From the IMG/VR virus record IMGVR_UViG_3300030708_002798: a DNA stretch of 64,000 bases; one strand, given 5' to 3'. Below are positions 31,380 to 41,423 of the stretch, one piece after another (the stretch's first letter is position 1; each line of letters starts with the position of its first letter). The notes under the pieces are model-generated. The model saw only the letters and a list, made by a program, of their open reading frames with translations. It ran no database searches and was not told the DNA's origin. The position numbers and the translations under genes are program-made. Origin of the DNA: a virus (Duplodnaviria; Caudoviricetes).

Positions 31380-34072
31380 TACGTATACAGACTTGGGAAC
31401 GATAATCTTTCCTGAGGTGTCTCAGATTCTTTAAGTATATGAATCGGTTGCAGCAGAGTGATTACTTGAAGACCTTCTTTTTCGTAATCTGCTTGAGCCA
31501 TTAACGCATCACTATTTAGTTTACTCTTTTGAGTTCCTAGGTTCGACATTAATTCTGCATCAGGTTTTAAAGCAGGTTCTTTAGATACTGGTTTTTGAGC
31601 AGGATCTTGTGGAATTGAAATAGATCCACTCTTAGCACTTCTCATATCTCCATGACCAGTTTTTGAAATAATATTTCCTGCAGCATCAGTAACAGTTACA
31701 GAAGCACCCCAACCACCACCAGTTCCATAATTAACTCTACCACCTCGAACTGTTGGAGTTAAGATATTAACACCTTCTGCACTCTTATCTCGTCTACCCT
31801 TACCAATATGTGGAACATAATAATCAATACTATGGAAGTCTGCGTGCATAGAATGACTATGTGCAGCAAAAACACGTTGCATTAGTTTTTGCTTTTCTGT
31901 CATAGATGCATCTGGATTGTAAATAATTCCCGCAACTGCATCATTAGAAAACTCAATCTCTCTTCCTCTCTTACGATATCCTAAAGCAAGTTCATCCATC
32001 ATACCAACTATTTGTGACATGGATAAACCTTTATGGAATTTAGTGTCAATATGATATTCAGTACCAACACCAATTCTACCTGCAGGACCAGTTCTTAATT
32101 CAGTATCCAATACATTTCCAGTCACCATGGTTGGATTTATCGGAGGTCCACTATATGTTGTGGTATTTGATGCTGGGATTAGAGGATCTTGAGGTCCAGG
32201 TAAAGGTCTATTTGCTGCATCTGCTGCCCTTCTTCTTAGTTCTCTTTGCTGTTCTTCTGCTTTTCTTTGTGCCTCAAATTCTTCTTTAAAAATATTGTTT
32301 ACTTGAGTTTGTGATATTTCAAGTGCTATACCTCTTTCTGTGGCAATTTCAATAATTCTTCTAATTGTACCTTTCATCATCTTCATCTTATACTCACTCA
32401 TAGTCGATCTAGACATGAAAGAAGTTATTCTATCAAGTTGAAACATTGGTGACTCTTGATATGCTCTTTCCTTTTCAATTAATTCAATTTGTCCCTTGAT
32501 ATATTTTCTCCTATTCTCTTCAGTTAAGTCAAAGTAATTCATAGCATAACCATTCATCGATGCTCGATCACCAGCACTAAGAGCCTCTTCTAATAAAACC
32601 TCAGCTAACACACCTACTCCTAGGTTCATTAGTCCTGTTGCAGCACCTTTCAACGTTCCTCCTATGCCAGGACCTTTTTTGAGCATAGCAGGTTTTTGTG
32701 CCGTTCTGTTCTTAAATAACTGACTTAATCTAATCTGCCTATTTAAAATATTTCTATATTGTCTATAACCTTTTAATTGACTTTGAATAGCACCCAACAT
32801 GTCATCACCAATAATGACATCTGGATCTGTAATACCTTTATATCCAGTAACAATAATAAAGTCCTTAATATCTTTGAGATTTTTTAGACCATATCCTCTC
32901 TTCGCAAGTTCTTTATTATTCTGCAAGAATTTCATAAAATCATCATTATATTGTTTATTCATTAAAATCTTACCAGCTAATACTGGATCAGATACACCCT
33001 TAATTTTGGGTAGAAATGGACTTGCTGCAGTACCTGGAGGTACTTTTGTTGCTGTACCTCTTTCAAGAGTCTCCTCTAATGCTTTACGTGCCGCCTCTGT
33101 TCCTGTTGGTTTTGTGGGTTTTTGTCCACCACCACCTGCTGTTACTGGAGTCTTGACTGGAGTTTGAACTTTTGGTTTAACTGGTGCTTTAGTTGGAGCT
33201 TTAGTAGGTGCTTTGACTGGTGCCTTTGCTTTTGGTTTGACTGTTGGTTTTGGTGGTTTCGGTGGTTTTGGTGGATTTTTAGGAATGTTTCCTTTTGGAT
33301 TCAATCTTGTGGCAAGTGCCATGATTGCAATAGAAAGACTTGCTACTTCAGCAAATCTGCTAGTAAACTTATCATAGATTGCTTTTAAATTTTCACCACC
33401 AATATCTTCAATCTTTTCTCTCACCCATTCATTAATATTATAAGCACCATCAATTATTGATACAATACCATCAAATGCTGCTCCAGCCGCCTTTGTAAGG
33501 AAATCAAATGCTCCTCCAAGAAAACCTAAGACCTTTTCAATAGTTTCGTAGTTATCAATCAAAAATAATACTAACTTCCCAAGCAAAATATTGAAAATAA
33601 AATCTCCAATAGAACTTTGGATCTTTTTAAGACCTAATTTGCCTGCTAATATACCACCAAGTTTACCTTTTTTCTTTTCACGTTTCTTTTCTCTGTCTGC
33701 TCTTTTTTGTTTTTCGAGCATCCTCATCTTAGTTTTTTTATATTTCTTATCAGATATCAAAGATTTCTTTAGGATCTTTTCAATAGATCTCAACTCTTTT
33801 ATAATTGTAATATAAGGATTTTGATTTCTAGAAGCAGATGCCTTTTTTGCTCCTGTATCAGAAGCAAAATTACTAGCTGTTATTGCAGATCCTCTTTGAG
33901 TAACAGGAACTATTGCAGAGGATTTATTACCTCCAGAACGTTTGCCCTTACCCTGACCTTCTTTCTTTCCTTTTTTACCAAGAATCTTTTTTGCTACAAT
34001 TTTCTTCCCTTGAGACTTGACTATTTGTCCACCTATTCCTTTAGCTGCACTTAATAATAGAGGTATTGCCAT
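31379..34072 (-). CDS. tape-measure-like tail protein with K/P-rich linker
   Basis: 897 aa, helical/coiled-coil character, KAP/KPP repeats, His-containing C-terminal domain. Confidence 0.55.
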   Translation of the reverse strand: MAIPLLLSAAKGIGGQIVKSQGKKIVAKKILGKKGKKEGQGKGKRSGGNKSSAIVPVTQRGSAITASNFASDTGAKKASASRNQNPYITIIKELRSIEKILKKSLISDKKYKKTKMRMLEKQKRADREKKREKKKGKLGGILAGKLGLKKIQSSIGDFIFNILLGKLVLFLIDNYETIEKVLGFLGGAFDFLTKAAGAAFDGIVSIIDGAYNINEWVREKIEDIGGENLKAIYDKFTSRFAEVASLSIAIMALATRLNPKGNIPKNPPKPPKPPKPTVKPKAKAPVKAPTKAPTKAPVKPKVQTPVKTPVTAGGGGQKPTKPTGTEAARKALEETLERGTATKVPPGTAASPFLPKIKGVSDPVLAGKILMNKQYNDDFMKFLQNNKELAKRGYGLKNLKDIKDFIIVTGYKGITDPDVIIGDDMLGAIQSQLKGYRQYRNILNRQIRLSQLFKNRTAQKPAMLKKGPGIGGTLKGAATGLMNLGVGVLAEVLLEEALSAGDRASMNGYAMNYFDLTEENRRKYIKGQIELIEKERAYQESPMFQLDRITSFMSRSTMSEYKMKMMKGTIRRIIEIATERGIALEISQTQVNNIFKEEFEAQRKAEEQQRELRRRAADAANRPLPGPQDPLIPASNTTTYSGPPINPTMVTGNVLDTELRTGPAGRIGVGTEYHIDTKFHKGLSMSQIVGMMDELALGYRKRGREIEFSNDAVAGIIYNPDASMTEKQKLMQRVFAAHSHSMHADFHSIDYYVPHIGKGRRDKSAEGVNILTPTVRGGRVNYGTGGGWGASVTVTDAAGNIISKTGHGDMRSAKSGSISIPQDPAQKPVSKEPALKPDAELMSNLGTQKSKLNSDALMAQADYEKEGLQVITLLQPIHILKESETPQERLSFPSLYT

Positions 34073-36444
34073 TATGTTAGATCTCCACTATATGTTGCAA
34101 CTTTTCTTCCACGAACTTCTGATGATAGAGGTGCTATCACAGGGAAGTCTGGATCTGATGGAGGTGCTTGTGCCACATTACCAGATCCCTCAAGTTGAGT
34201 CATTGCTGGTAATGTAATCGTTCCTCCTCTCATTGCTACCGCAGGAGGATCAATCGATGCTTTTGGAATGTTAGGCACCCACATCTTCATGTGAGCATCC
34301 CACTTCTTATTTGTTCCCAAACGTTCGGTATTTCCTGCAGCATCACTTCCAGGTCTTGGTCTGTAACCAGGACCTGCTTCAGCAATAAGAGTAGTAAGAT
34401 TGCTTACATTTAAATTGGATGATTGATTTCCTTCATTTTTATCTCTCTTCTGAAGAATTTTGACATTATGTATCACATCACCAATAAATTTAATTGGATT
34501 CATGATGAAATCAAATAAACTACCACTTCTTAGTTTTGAATCTGGAGAAGACATTTTTGGTTTCTTTGGTTTCGTCTCTTTTTTCTTTTTCTCTGCTTTT
34601 GGTTCTTCCTTAACCTGAGTTAGATCTAAAGGACCCGATAGGAATAATTTTCTCTCTGCTGCTATTCTTGCAGCACTAGGTCCACCTCTCTGAAGTTCTT
34701 TAGCAGCAGTTTCCATATCACCAGCATTAATTGCCTTAGTATACTTTGGATATTCTCCATATGCATATGGTGCATTCCATGCCACAACTAACATACCTGC
34801 CTTTTGATCATCAGACATTTTACTCCAGTGTGGAACACGTTTTGCATAATTATCATGAATACCCTTAATGTTTGATTTTATAATTTTATCTGCTTCTGCC
34901 TTGGTAATCGGTTTATCATATCTTCCCACTGGTTTGTTTCCAGAGAAAATATCATCATAGTAAGTAGATCCCCATCCAATAGTTATGTTGCCATCTCCAT
35001 CATCATATGGATAGATCATAGTATCATTGGAGATAGAACTCCATGGTGTATTGCTAACAACACTTCTTCCACCAGGTTTAACATAATCATTAACACCTTT
35101 TGTTAATGAAGATAATGCTTCATCTTTTTTCAATTCTGATAATGCTTTTGCTACAGGTCCACCACCAGCTGCAAACATTACACCACTTCTTTCTTTTGGT
35201 TTATTTGTTCCCCCACCAGCAGCATTTATTGCTGCCATAGTATCTACACCAAATTTATCAACAGCACCTTTACTCATTACAAATTCACCTGGAGATAACA
35301 TTGCAGGAACCGTATCAGTTCCTAGAGGTGCAAGACCACCACCAGCGTATTGACTAAAGATACCACCAAATGGTTCAGTAAATCCTGCTCCTCCACCATA
35401 TTCACTAGCTTCTTCCCGAGCAGATTTGTCTGGATCATCTGGGTCTTTTACTACTGCTGTTCCATCCTGAGAAAGCCACCACGCACCAACACCCAAAGCA
35501 GTTAATCCAAGTGCTGCTGCTGCAAATGGATTTGCCATGAGTCTTGGTAATAGTTTCAATAATTGGACAGTAAGTCCAGTAATCATTCTAGTAACAGTTG
35601 CAATGAATCCACCAAGAGGTGTTGCAAATAGTACAAATGCTGCTGTTAATGCTGGCCACCAATCACCCAAGAATTTACCCAGAGTGTCTAATTTCTTCTG
35701 GTTTTCTGAATCACTCATCCATTCCAACATTCCAACAATTGCTTTGCCAAGAATTATATTCTTCAAGAAATTGAAAATGCTATCAAGTAGTCCCATCTTA
35801 GGAGCAGACTTTTTCAGTTTCTTCATGAAACCAGTTGCCTTTTTCTTTTCCTCAGACTTATCTTCTTTAGATTTTCGTTTTTGATTCTCTAAATTTTTTC
35901 TTTCAGCATCTCTAATACTCTTATTAACTTCTAGTTGCTCTTCGAGAATAGAACGAATAGAAGTAACTAGACCAATAATTGTAGTCAGTTTATTATCAGT
36001 ATCTACCTTCTTTTTTCTCTTTTCTTCTTCCTCACCTTCAGGAAGAATATTTTGCTGTTTTGCTGGAGATAATAATTTATTAGAGTTTATAGGTTTAGAT
36101 GGTGCTCTGAGATTATCCGAATCTATTTTTATTTTTTTCTTCTTAATAGTAAACCTACCAACTTTTCTCTTAACTCTTTTAAATTCGTCGGTAAGTAACT
36201 CTGCCTCTTCTGTAGGCAACTCTTGCTTTGCCATTCTGGCAGCAGCCATCTTCTCCTTTAATAAGGAGAGGTATGTGGCATAGTCAATATCAAATGTATC
36301 TTCTAATCCTAAAAGCCTTAGTATCCTTTCATCTACTTCTTCATCAACTAGATCATCTTGACGAGTTCCTTCATACAAAGTAAGAGCACTTTCTCTCTTT
36401 GCTTCATCTCTTATACTTTGTAGTAACTCGTCTAGATCACCCAT
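34072..36444 (-). CDS. tape-measure-like protein with phage-lysozyme-like domain
   Basis: DTVPAMLSPGEFV motif; KKDEA..YDDGDGNITIGWG lysozyme-like motif; hydrophobic helices. Confidence 0.65.
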   Translation of the reverse strand: MGDLDELLQSIRDEAKRESALTLYEGTRQDDLVDEEVDERILRLLGLEDTFDIDYATYLSLLKEKMAAARMAKQELPTEEAELLTDEFKRVKRKVGRFTIKKKKIKIDSDNLRAPSKPINSNKLLSPAKQQNILPEGEEEEKRKKKVDTDNKLTTIIGLVTSIRSILEEQLEVNKSIRDAERKNLENQKRKSKEDKSEEKKKATGFMKKLKKSAPKMGLLDSIFNFLKNIILGKAIVGMLEWMSDSENQKKLDTLGKFLGDWWPALTAAFVLFATPLGGFIATVTRMITGLTVQLLKLLPRLMANPFAAAALGLTALGVGAWWLSQDGTAVVKDPDDPDKSAREEASEYGGGAGFTEPFGGIFSQYAGGGLAPLGTDTVPAMLSPGEFVMSKGAVDKFGVDTMAAINAAGGGTNKPKERSGVMFAAGGGPVAKALSELKKDEALSSLTKGVNDYVKPGGRSVVSNTPWSSISNDTMIYPYDDGDGNITIGWGSTYYDDIFSGNKPVGRYDKPITKAEADKIIKSNIKGIHDNYAKRVPHWSKMSDDQKAGMLVVAWNAPYAYGEYPKYTKAINAGDMETAAKELQRGGPSAARIAAERKLFLSGPLDLTQVKEEPKAEKKKKETKPKKPKMSSPDSKLRSGSLFDFIMNPIKFIGDVIHNVKILQKRDKNEGNQSSNLNVSNLTTLIAEAGPGYRPRPGSDAAGNTERLGTNKKWDAHMKMWVPNIPKASIDPPAVAMRGGTITLPAMTQLEGSGNVAQAPPSDPDFPVIAPLSSEVRGRKVATYSGDLT

Positions 36445-36604
36445 TTGCCGTTTGCTGTTTTAACTTCTCTTCTTCAAGATGTTGTTGAAGTAGCATGACA
36501 TAGATATCACGTTCAATAGGGATCATATTTTCAATCTCTGTTAATGAGTATTTATGGTACTGCATCAAGGCAAAATTGAGACGAAAATAGTTCTCCAGAT
36601 CCAT
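36437..36604 (-). CDS. g51: baseplate hub assembly protein gp51-like (55 aa)
   Basis: hand translation FALMQYHKYSLTEIENMIPIERDIYV; follows g26. Confidence 0.8.
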   Translation of the reverse strand: MDLENYFRLNFALMQYHKYSLTEIENMIPIERDIYVMLLQQHLEEEKLKQQTANG

Positions 36605-36615
36605 GTGGATCAAGG

Positions 36616-37332
36616 CTATGCGAAAAAAGATGCTAACCCTTCCAGAACAACTTCACTTTCTACACCAGTATTTGGATTGGTAACTTTCACTGTATGCGAT
36701 AGTTTAGGCATAGTAGTGAAGAATTCTTCAATCTTCTTAAATTGTGCAGAGTTCATCTGCTCAACAAAACCAAGAAGTTCTTTCTTCGTACAGTTAGATG
36801 CTTCCCAAACTTCTTCTTCAGTATACACCTTATCAATACATGAAACAATGAGATCAAACGATCTATCAGAAGTATTCTCAACATCATCAAAGTTTTCTTT
36901 GATGAATTCACTAAGTGAAGGATACTTCATCTCAATCATAATCTCATCATTTACTTTGATTTGTGTGGTATGCTTATCATCCTTTTCAACTTGAATATCA
37001 CCTACATCAATTTGAACAGGAACCTGAGTTTCACCGTCGTCAGGGCAAATCAAATTTACTTCAATTTCTTCACCAACTGACTTTCCACGAATATTCAAAA
37101 ATAGATATTCGATATCAAATGTTGGTAGTGATTCGACCTTAATACCTTTAGTCTTAATACAACTCTTAATTACAGTTTTCACTGCATTTGTAATTTGCTT
37201 TTGATTTTCCGTTTCTAGAGCATATAGTAGAACTTTTTCTTCTTTTACTAGAAATGGACGGTATTCTACAGGTTTTCCAGTTGATGGCAATTCCAACTCA
37301 AATGTTGGTGTAGCAATTGTTGGTAAAGGCAT
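36616..37332 (-). CDS. g26: baseplate hub subunit gp26
   Basis: MPLP..YRPFLVKEEK..FDIEYLFLNIRGKSVGE. Confidence 0.9.
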   Translation of the reverse strand: MPLPTIATPTFELELPSTGKPVEYRPFLVKEEKVLLYALETENQKQITNAVKTVIKSCIKTKGIKVESLPTFDIEYLFLNIRGKSVGEEIEVNLICPDDGETQVPVQIDVGDIQVEKDDKHTTQIKVNDEIMIEMKYPSLSEFIKENFDDVENTSDRSFDLIVSCIDKVYTEEEVWEASNCTKKELLGFVEQMNSAQFKKIEEFFTTMPKLSHTVKVTNPNTGVESEVVLEGLASFFA

Positions 37333-37367
37333 AATGACTTATAATAAGTTCAGTGTGTTTATTTAGT

Positions 37368-38177
37368 CTATAAGAGTGACCTTGCATAGTCTGCTAGTCC
37401 ATCATCAGGAGCAACAATTTCAGCTGCTCTACTTAATAAAGAGTTAGGATCTGCGAAGGATCCATATCCGTTATTACTATCAGCATTCGTCAATGGTAAA
37501 GCACCTGAAGAATCTGCTCTAATCATCTCTTGATAATATCTTGAATATGACATTCTAACAGTAACACTAAGCATTTCTGATCCATTATATGAAACAGGAA
37601 CACTATTCAATCCTATTGGGAAAGCATTCAGAAATGTGTACTGCAATGCAGGTCCAACATCAGTAGCAGGAGCACCTGGTGTACCTCTTCCTCCAATATT
37701 TCTTCCATTGTCTTTCTCAAATTTGACAACTTGTAAATTGTCTGTTCTGTAAGACTTTGGAAATGGTACTCTATAACTTGAATTGCTTTCTGTTTTATCG
37801 AAAACTGATTCACCACCAATATAACCCATCCACCCTTCAAATACTCTAAGAGGTGTATAATCTCTATCAATAATAAAAGTTAATTCGAGATCACCATCAT
37901 ACTCTCTACGATATACATGCTTTTCAGTAACACCACTACGATCATTAGTTATATCATGAGTCATAAAAGATGACCCAGGTAAAACTGTGTTCATGCAAGA
38001 GAGATATAATAACTCTTGACTAGCTTGAAAAGTAAGACCATACTCACTCCTGAGATGACTTACTACATCAGGTGGTGGAAGAAAGTAAATTTGATAATTG
38101 GATGTAGTCGCAGGAGATCCTAAAAAGGATTTTACCTGCGACATACTTACTGCTCTTGCACTAGGTCCCTGTGCCAT
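37368..38177 (-). CDS. tail tube-like protein (gp19/gp54 family)
   Basis: C..TVLPG, FEGWM and FLNAFP motifs. Confidence 0.6.
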   Translation of the reverse strand: MAQGPSARAVSMSQVKSFLGSPATTSNYQIYFLPPPDVVSHLRSEYGLTFQASQELLYLSCMNTVLPGSSFMTHDITNDRSGVTEKHVYRREYDGDLELTFIIDRDYTPLRVFEGWMGYIGGESVFDKTESNSSYRVPFPKSYRTDNLQVVKFEKDNGRNIGGRGTPGAPATDVGPALQYTFLNAFPIGLNSVPVSYNGSEMLSVTVRMSYSRYYQEMIRADSSGALPLTNADSNNGYGSFADPNSLLSRAAEIVAPDDGLADYARSLL

Positions 38178-38178
38178 C

Positions 38179-38186
38179 TATAAATA
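38179..38186 (+). promoter_or_regulatory. T4-type late promoter upstream of g4
   Basis: exact TATAAATA about 30 nt before the ATG. Confidence 0.7.
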
Positions 38187-38216
38187 AGTATAACTTTGCT
38201 ATACTATGTATAAGAG

Positions 38217-38663
38217 ATGCCAGAGAGTTTAAAGAGTAGATATAAACCTTCTAATCCAGGCAAGTATGTAGGTGATTCAAATAATATCATCTGCAGAAGT
38301 TCTTGGGAAAGAAAATTCTGCGTCTGGTGTGATAGAAATGAAAATATTTTAGAATGGGGTAGTGAGGAATTCTGGATTCCTTATCGTTCTCCTGTTGATA
38401 ATAGGATACACAAGTACTTTCCTGACTTTTTTATTAAAGTTCGTGAGAGAAATGGGTCAATTAGAAAGTATGTGATCGAAGTTAAACCACATAAGCAAAC
38501 TCAGCAACCAAATCCTACACCAAAACGTAAGACTAAATCCTGGTTGTACGAAGTTAAAACTTATGCAGTAAACCAGGCAAAATGGAAAGCAGCAAGAGAA
38601 TTCTGTGCTGATAGACTACTTGAATTTAAGATTATAACAGAAAACGAACTTGGTATCAAGTGA
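38217..38663 (+). CDS. g4: head completion protein gp4
   Basis: KYVGD..RSSWE..YFPDF..IEVKP..NQAKW. Confidence 0.9.
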   Translation: MPESLKSRYKPSNPGKYVGDSNNIICRSSWERKFCVWCDRNENILEWGSEEFWIPYRSPVDNRIHKYFPDFFIKVRERNGSIRKYVIEVKPHKQTQQPNPTPKRKTKSWLYEVKTYAVNQAKWKAAREFCADRLLEFKIITENELGIK

Positions 38664-39145
38664 TGGCAAGGAAAGTCAGAGGAAGAACTGGTTATAAGCA
38701 GTTTCCTGGTGATGAAGAATATCGCAAACTGTTTAACATTTACCTTCAACGAAAGGAAAATGAATATGATACTAGTGAAGAAACTACACGAACTGACATA
38801 TTAAAAGAAAGGATACAAACTTTCTCTGATCCTGATGACATCATGCTCGTAATTCTTGAATTATTTGATGAACGTGATTTAATCCCAGACCCTGGTACAT
38901 ACTACACCTTTGTATATCAAGCAAAGACACCAGGAATCGTTTATGACGAACACCCATTGATTGCATGTCTAAATCTTCAGCAATGGGGATTTACTGGACT
39001 AAATTTTCACTTTGAAGGGACTCAGTACCCTAAGATAAGAAATTATACTTGGCAAGAAGTTATTGGTCAAATGCATAAGATCAATAATGACGAAATTGAA
39101 TACATGAAATCTATACCATATCAGAAATTCCTACTAAATAACTGA
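38660..39145 (+). CDS. g2: DNA end protector gp2-like
   Basis: YTFVY.AKT..YD.HPL..GF.GLN.H; position after g4. Confidence 0.55.
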   Translation: MMARKVRGRTGYKQFPGDEEYRKLFNIYLQRKENEYDTSEETTRTDILKERIQTFSDPDDIMLVILELFDERDLIPDPGTYYTFVYQAKTPGIVYDEHPLIACLNLQQWGFTGLNFHFEGTQYPKIRNYTWQEVIGQMHKINNDEIEYMKSIPYQKFLLNN

Positions 39146-39165
39146 ATAAGGAGATTAGTATCTAA

Positions 39166-40707
39166 ATGGCTGACTTTAGAACAGTTGAAACGCATGATTT
39201 AGAACTTACCATAAATGGAAACCGAGTAACAGTACCATTAAGGGCAAACTTGGGACAAAATGCTGAGCAATTTATTAGTGATGATAATCCTAATGGCAAT
39301 TCTGGTCAAGTAGCATGGAGAATTGGAAATCAAACTGACGTTGCCATTCAAAATCAAGGTAGAGTTGAAGAAACTACTGCAAGAAGAGGAGCAGCTCCTA
39401 CTAGGTCTAGAACAACAATATCAAAATTACAAAGTAGTGATGTAACAGGAGATAATGGTTTAGCATCTGCTGTCAGAGATTATCTAGCAACACAACCTGA
39501 TAGTGGAGTTGATGCTAATACAGATCTAGCAGTTATTGAAAGGGCAATTTTACAAAGGCAAAGAACAAGTGGAACATCTGTCAGAAATGCTACATATGAT
39601 CCATCTCCATTATCACAATTACAAACTGCAACTGACAACATTATTAATGAAGGATTAACTAGAGAGCAAAGATCTAGAATTCTTGATGGTGTAGAAGATA
39701 ACTCCAGATTTCCTGAACCTGATAGTGAAGAGAATAATCCAGTTACTGCTGCAGCAGATGCCGCAGCAGCTGTAACTAACGCAGCAAGTTCTTTGGGAAA
39801 TGCATTTAGGGATTCCAGAGGAACTGATCAAAACTTTGGAAATTTATATTATCCAGAAGGGATGGATCAGTTAAATCAAGATTATATTAAATTTGAAAGT
39901 TTTAGATACGAATCCAATCTAAGTTCAGCTAATGATATCCGTTATAATGGACTTGGACAATTAGGTGGAGCACGGAGAAGAGATTTACCGAATAGTGGTG
40001 GTCAATCTGATGGTACAGTAATATTACCCATCAGTAGTATGATTAGGGATAGTAATAATGTTTCCTGGGGTCCCGATGAATTGAATCCTCTACAAGCAGG
40101 AGTATTTAAACTTGGATATGACATGATAAAAGGTGATATAACTAAAGCAATGGGAGATTTAGGTACAAAACTTAGAGAAGCACTTTCGCAAGAAGGTGTT
40201 AGGAGTGAGTTAAAAGATGCTGCAGCAGTATATTTTGCAAGTCGAGCAGCTGGTGTAGGAAATCAACTTTCTAGAGCAAAAGGTGCAGTTCTTAATCCAA
40301 ACCTGACATTACTATTCAATAACCCATCGTTGAGATCTTTTCAGTTCTCTTTCAATATGTCAGCAAGAGAACAATCTGAAGCAACCATGATTAAAAGTAT
40401 TATACAATTTTTTAAGAAAACATCTTCAGTAAGGATATCAACAAGTAATTTATTCTTACTTGCACCCAATGTCTATACAATTAAATACTGCGTTGCTGGT
40501 GGTGGAGAACAAAAATCTATTGGTAAGGTAAAAACTTGTGCTTTACTTGGTTGTGATATTGATTATACTCCAGATGGAAGTTATATGACTTTTGATGATG
40601 CAGATAAAACTATGACCTCATATAGAATGACCTTAAGATTCCAAGAGACAGATCCAGTTTATTATGATGACTTTGATAATATTGGTGATAACAAAATAGG
40701 TTACTAA
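39166..40707 (+). CDS. g48: baseplate tail-tube cap gp48-like
   Basis: NPNLTLLF..PSLRSFQF and MTLRFQE motifs; CTAAATA upstream. Confidence 0.8.
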   Translation: MADFRTVETHDLELTINGNRVTVPLRANLGQNAEQFISDDNPNGNSGQVAWRIGNQTDVAIQNQGRVEETTARRGAAPTRSRTTISKLQSSDVTGDNGLASAVRDYLATQPDSGVDANTDLAVIERAILQRQRTSGTSVRNATYDPSPLSQLQTATDNIINEGLTREQRSRILDGVEDNSRFPEPDSEENNPVTAAADAAAAVTNAASSLGNAFRDSRGTDQNFGNLYYPEGMDQLNQDYIKFESFRYESNLSSANDIRYNGLGQLGGARRRDLPNSGGQSDGTVILPISSMIRDSNNVSWGPDELNPLQAGVFKLGYDMIKGDITKAMGDLGTKLREALSQEGVRSELKDAAAVYFASRAAGVGNQLSRAKGAVLNPNLTLLFNNPSLRSFQFSFNMSAREQSEATMIKSIIQFFKKTSSVRISTSNLFLLAPNVYTIKYCVAGGGEQKSIGKVKTCALLGCDIDYTPDGSYMTFDDADKTMTSYRMTLRFQETDPVYYDDFDNIGDNKIGY

Positions 40708-40709
40708 AA

Positions 40710-41360
40710 ATGGCAAATTACTTTCAACGTTTACCAAATTTCAAATATCAAAATCTCCTCGAAGACTCTCTTAATGGGGATAAAATTGCAGTAAAGAATA
40801 TTTTTAAGAGAGCAAAAATACGAAAGGATATTTTTAATAATCTAGTATTTTTTGATAAGTATACTATTGTTGGTGATGAAAGACCAGATCAAGTTGCATT
40901 TAAGTTTTATGATGATCCAGACTTAGATTGGGTTATTTTAGTTTCAAACAATATTTTAAACATTCAATCAGAATGGCCAATTCCTCAGTATGTCTATAAT
41001 GATTATCTTTTGACAAAATATGGAACCGATGAAAAACTATTTGAAACTCATCATATTGAAAGTCAAGAACTAAAAGATAGTGCAGGAGCAGTAGTTTTTC
41101 CAGCTGGATTAATTATACCTGAAGACTACGAATTTGAATATTTCGATTCTAATGTGCAGCAGAAAAAGTTCCATACTAATTTTGGAACTCCAATAACAAA
41201 TTATGTCTATGAAGAGAGATTGCAGGAGAAAAGAAGATCAATATTTGTATTGAAATCAGATTATCTAAGTATTGTTCTTGACGACGTAAAAGATATTCTT
41301 ACATACAAAAAAGGTTCCTCTGAATACATCAGTGGAACCCTTAAAGATACTACTATTTAA
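40710..41360 (+). CDS. g53: baseplate wedge gp53
   Basis: ERPDQVA..Y..P.LDWVIL..N....EWP. Confidence 0.85.
   Translation: MANYFQRLPNFKYQNLLEDSLNGDKIAVKNIFKRAKIRKDIFNNLVFFDKYTIVGDERPDQVAFKFYDDPDLDWVILVSNNILNIQSEWPIPQYVYNDYLLTKYGTDEKLFETHHIESQELKDSAGAVVFPAGLIIPEDYEFEYFDSNVQQKKFHTNFGTPITNYVYEERLQEKRRSIFVLKSDYLSIVLDDVKDILTYKKGSSEYISGTLKDTTI
41307..41340 (-). terminator. intrinsic terminator for the g32 transcript, inside the g53 3' end
   Basis: minus strand GGTTCCACTGA-loop-TCAGAGGAACC followed by T6. Confidence 0.6.
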
Positions 41361-41423
41361 ATAAAAGACTATAATAAGTTGCTACAACTAAGAGGGTTAG
41401 ACATGCCCTCTCATAAGTCCACC

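Noticed and set aside
33150-33290. Short G/T-rich repeats as a non-coding repeat array
   Set aside because: They simply encode the KPP/KAP linker of the 897-aa protein.
483-36994. Many plus-strand ORFs antisense to structural genes (e.g. 12344..12976, 19527..19925, 36554..36994)
   Set aside because: They are shadows of long minus-strand genes with biased codon use, and they lack RBS or family motifs.
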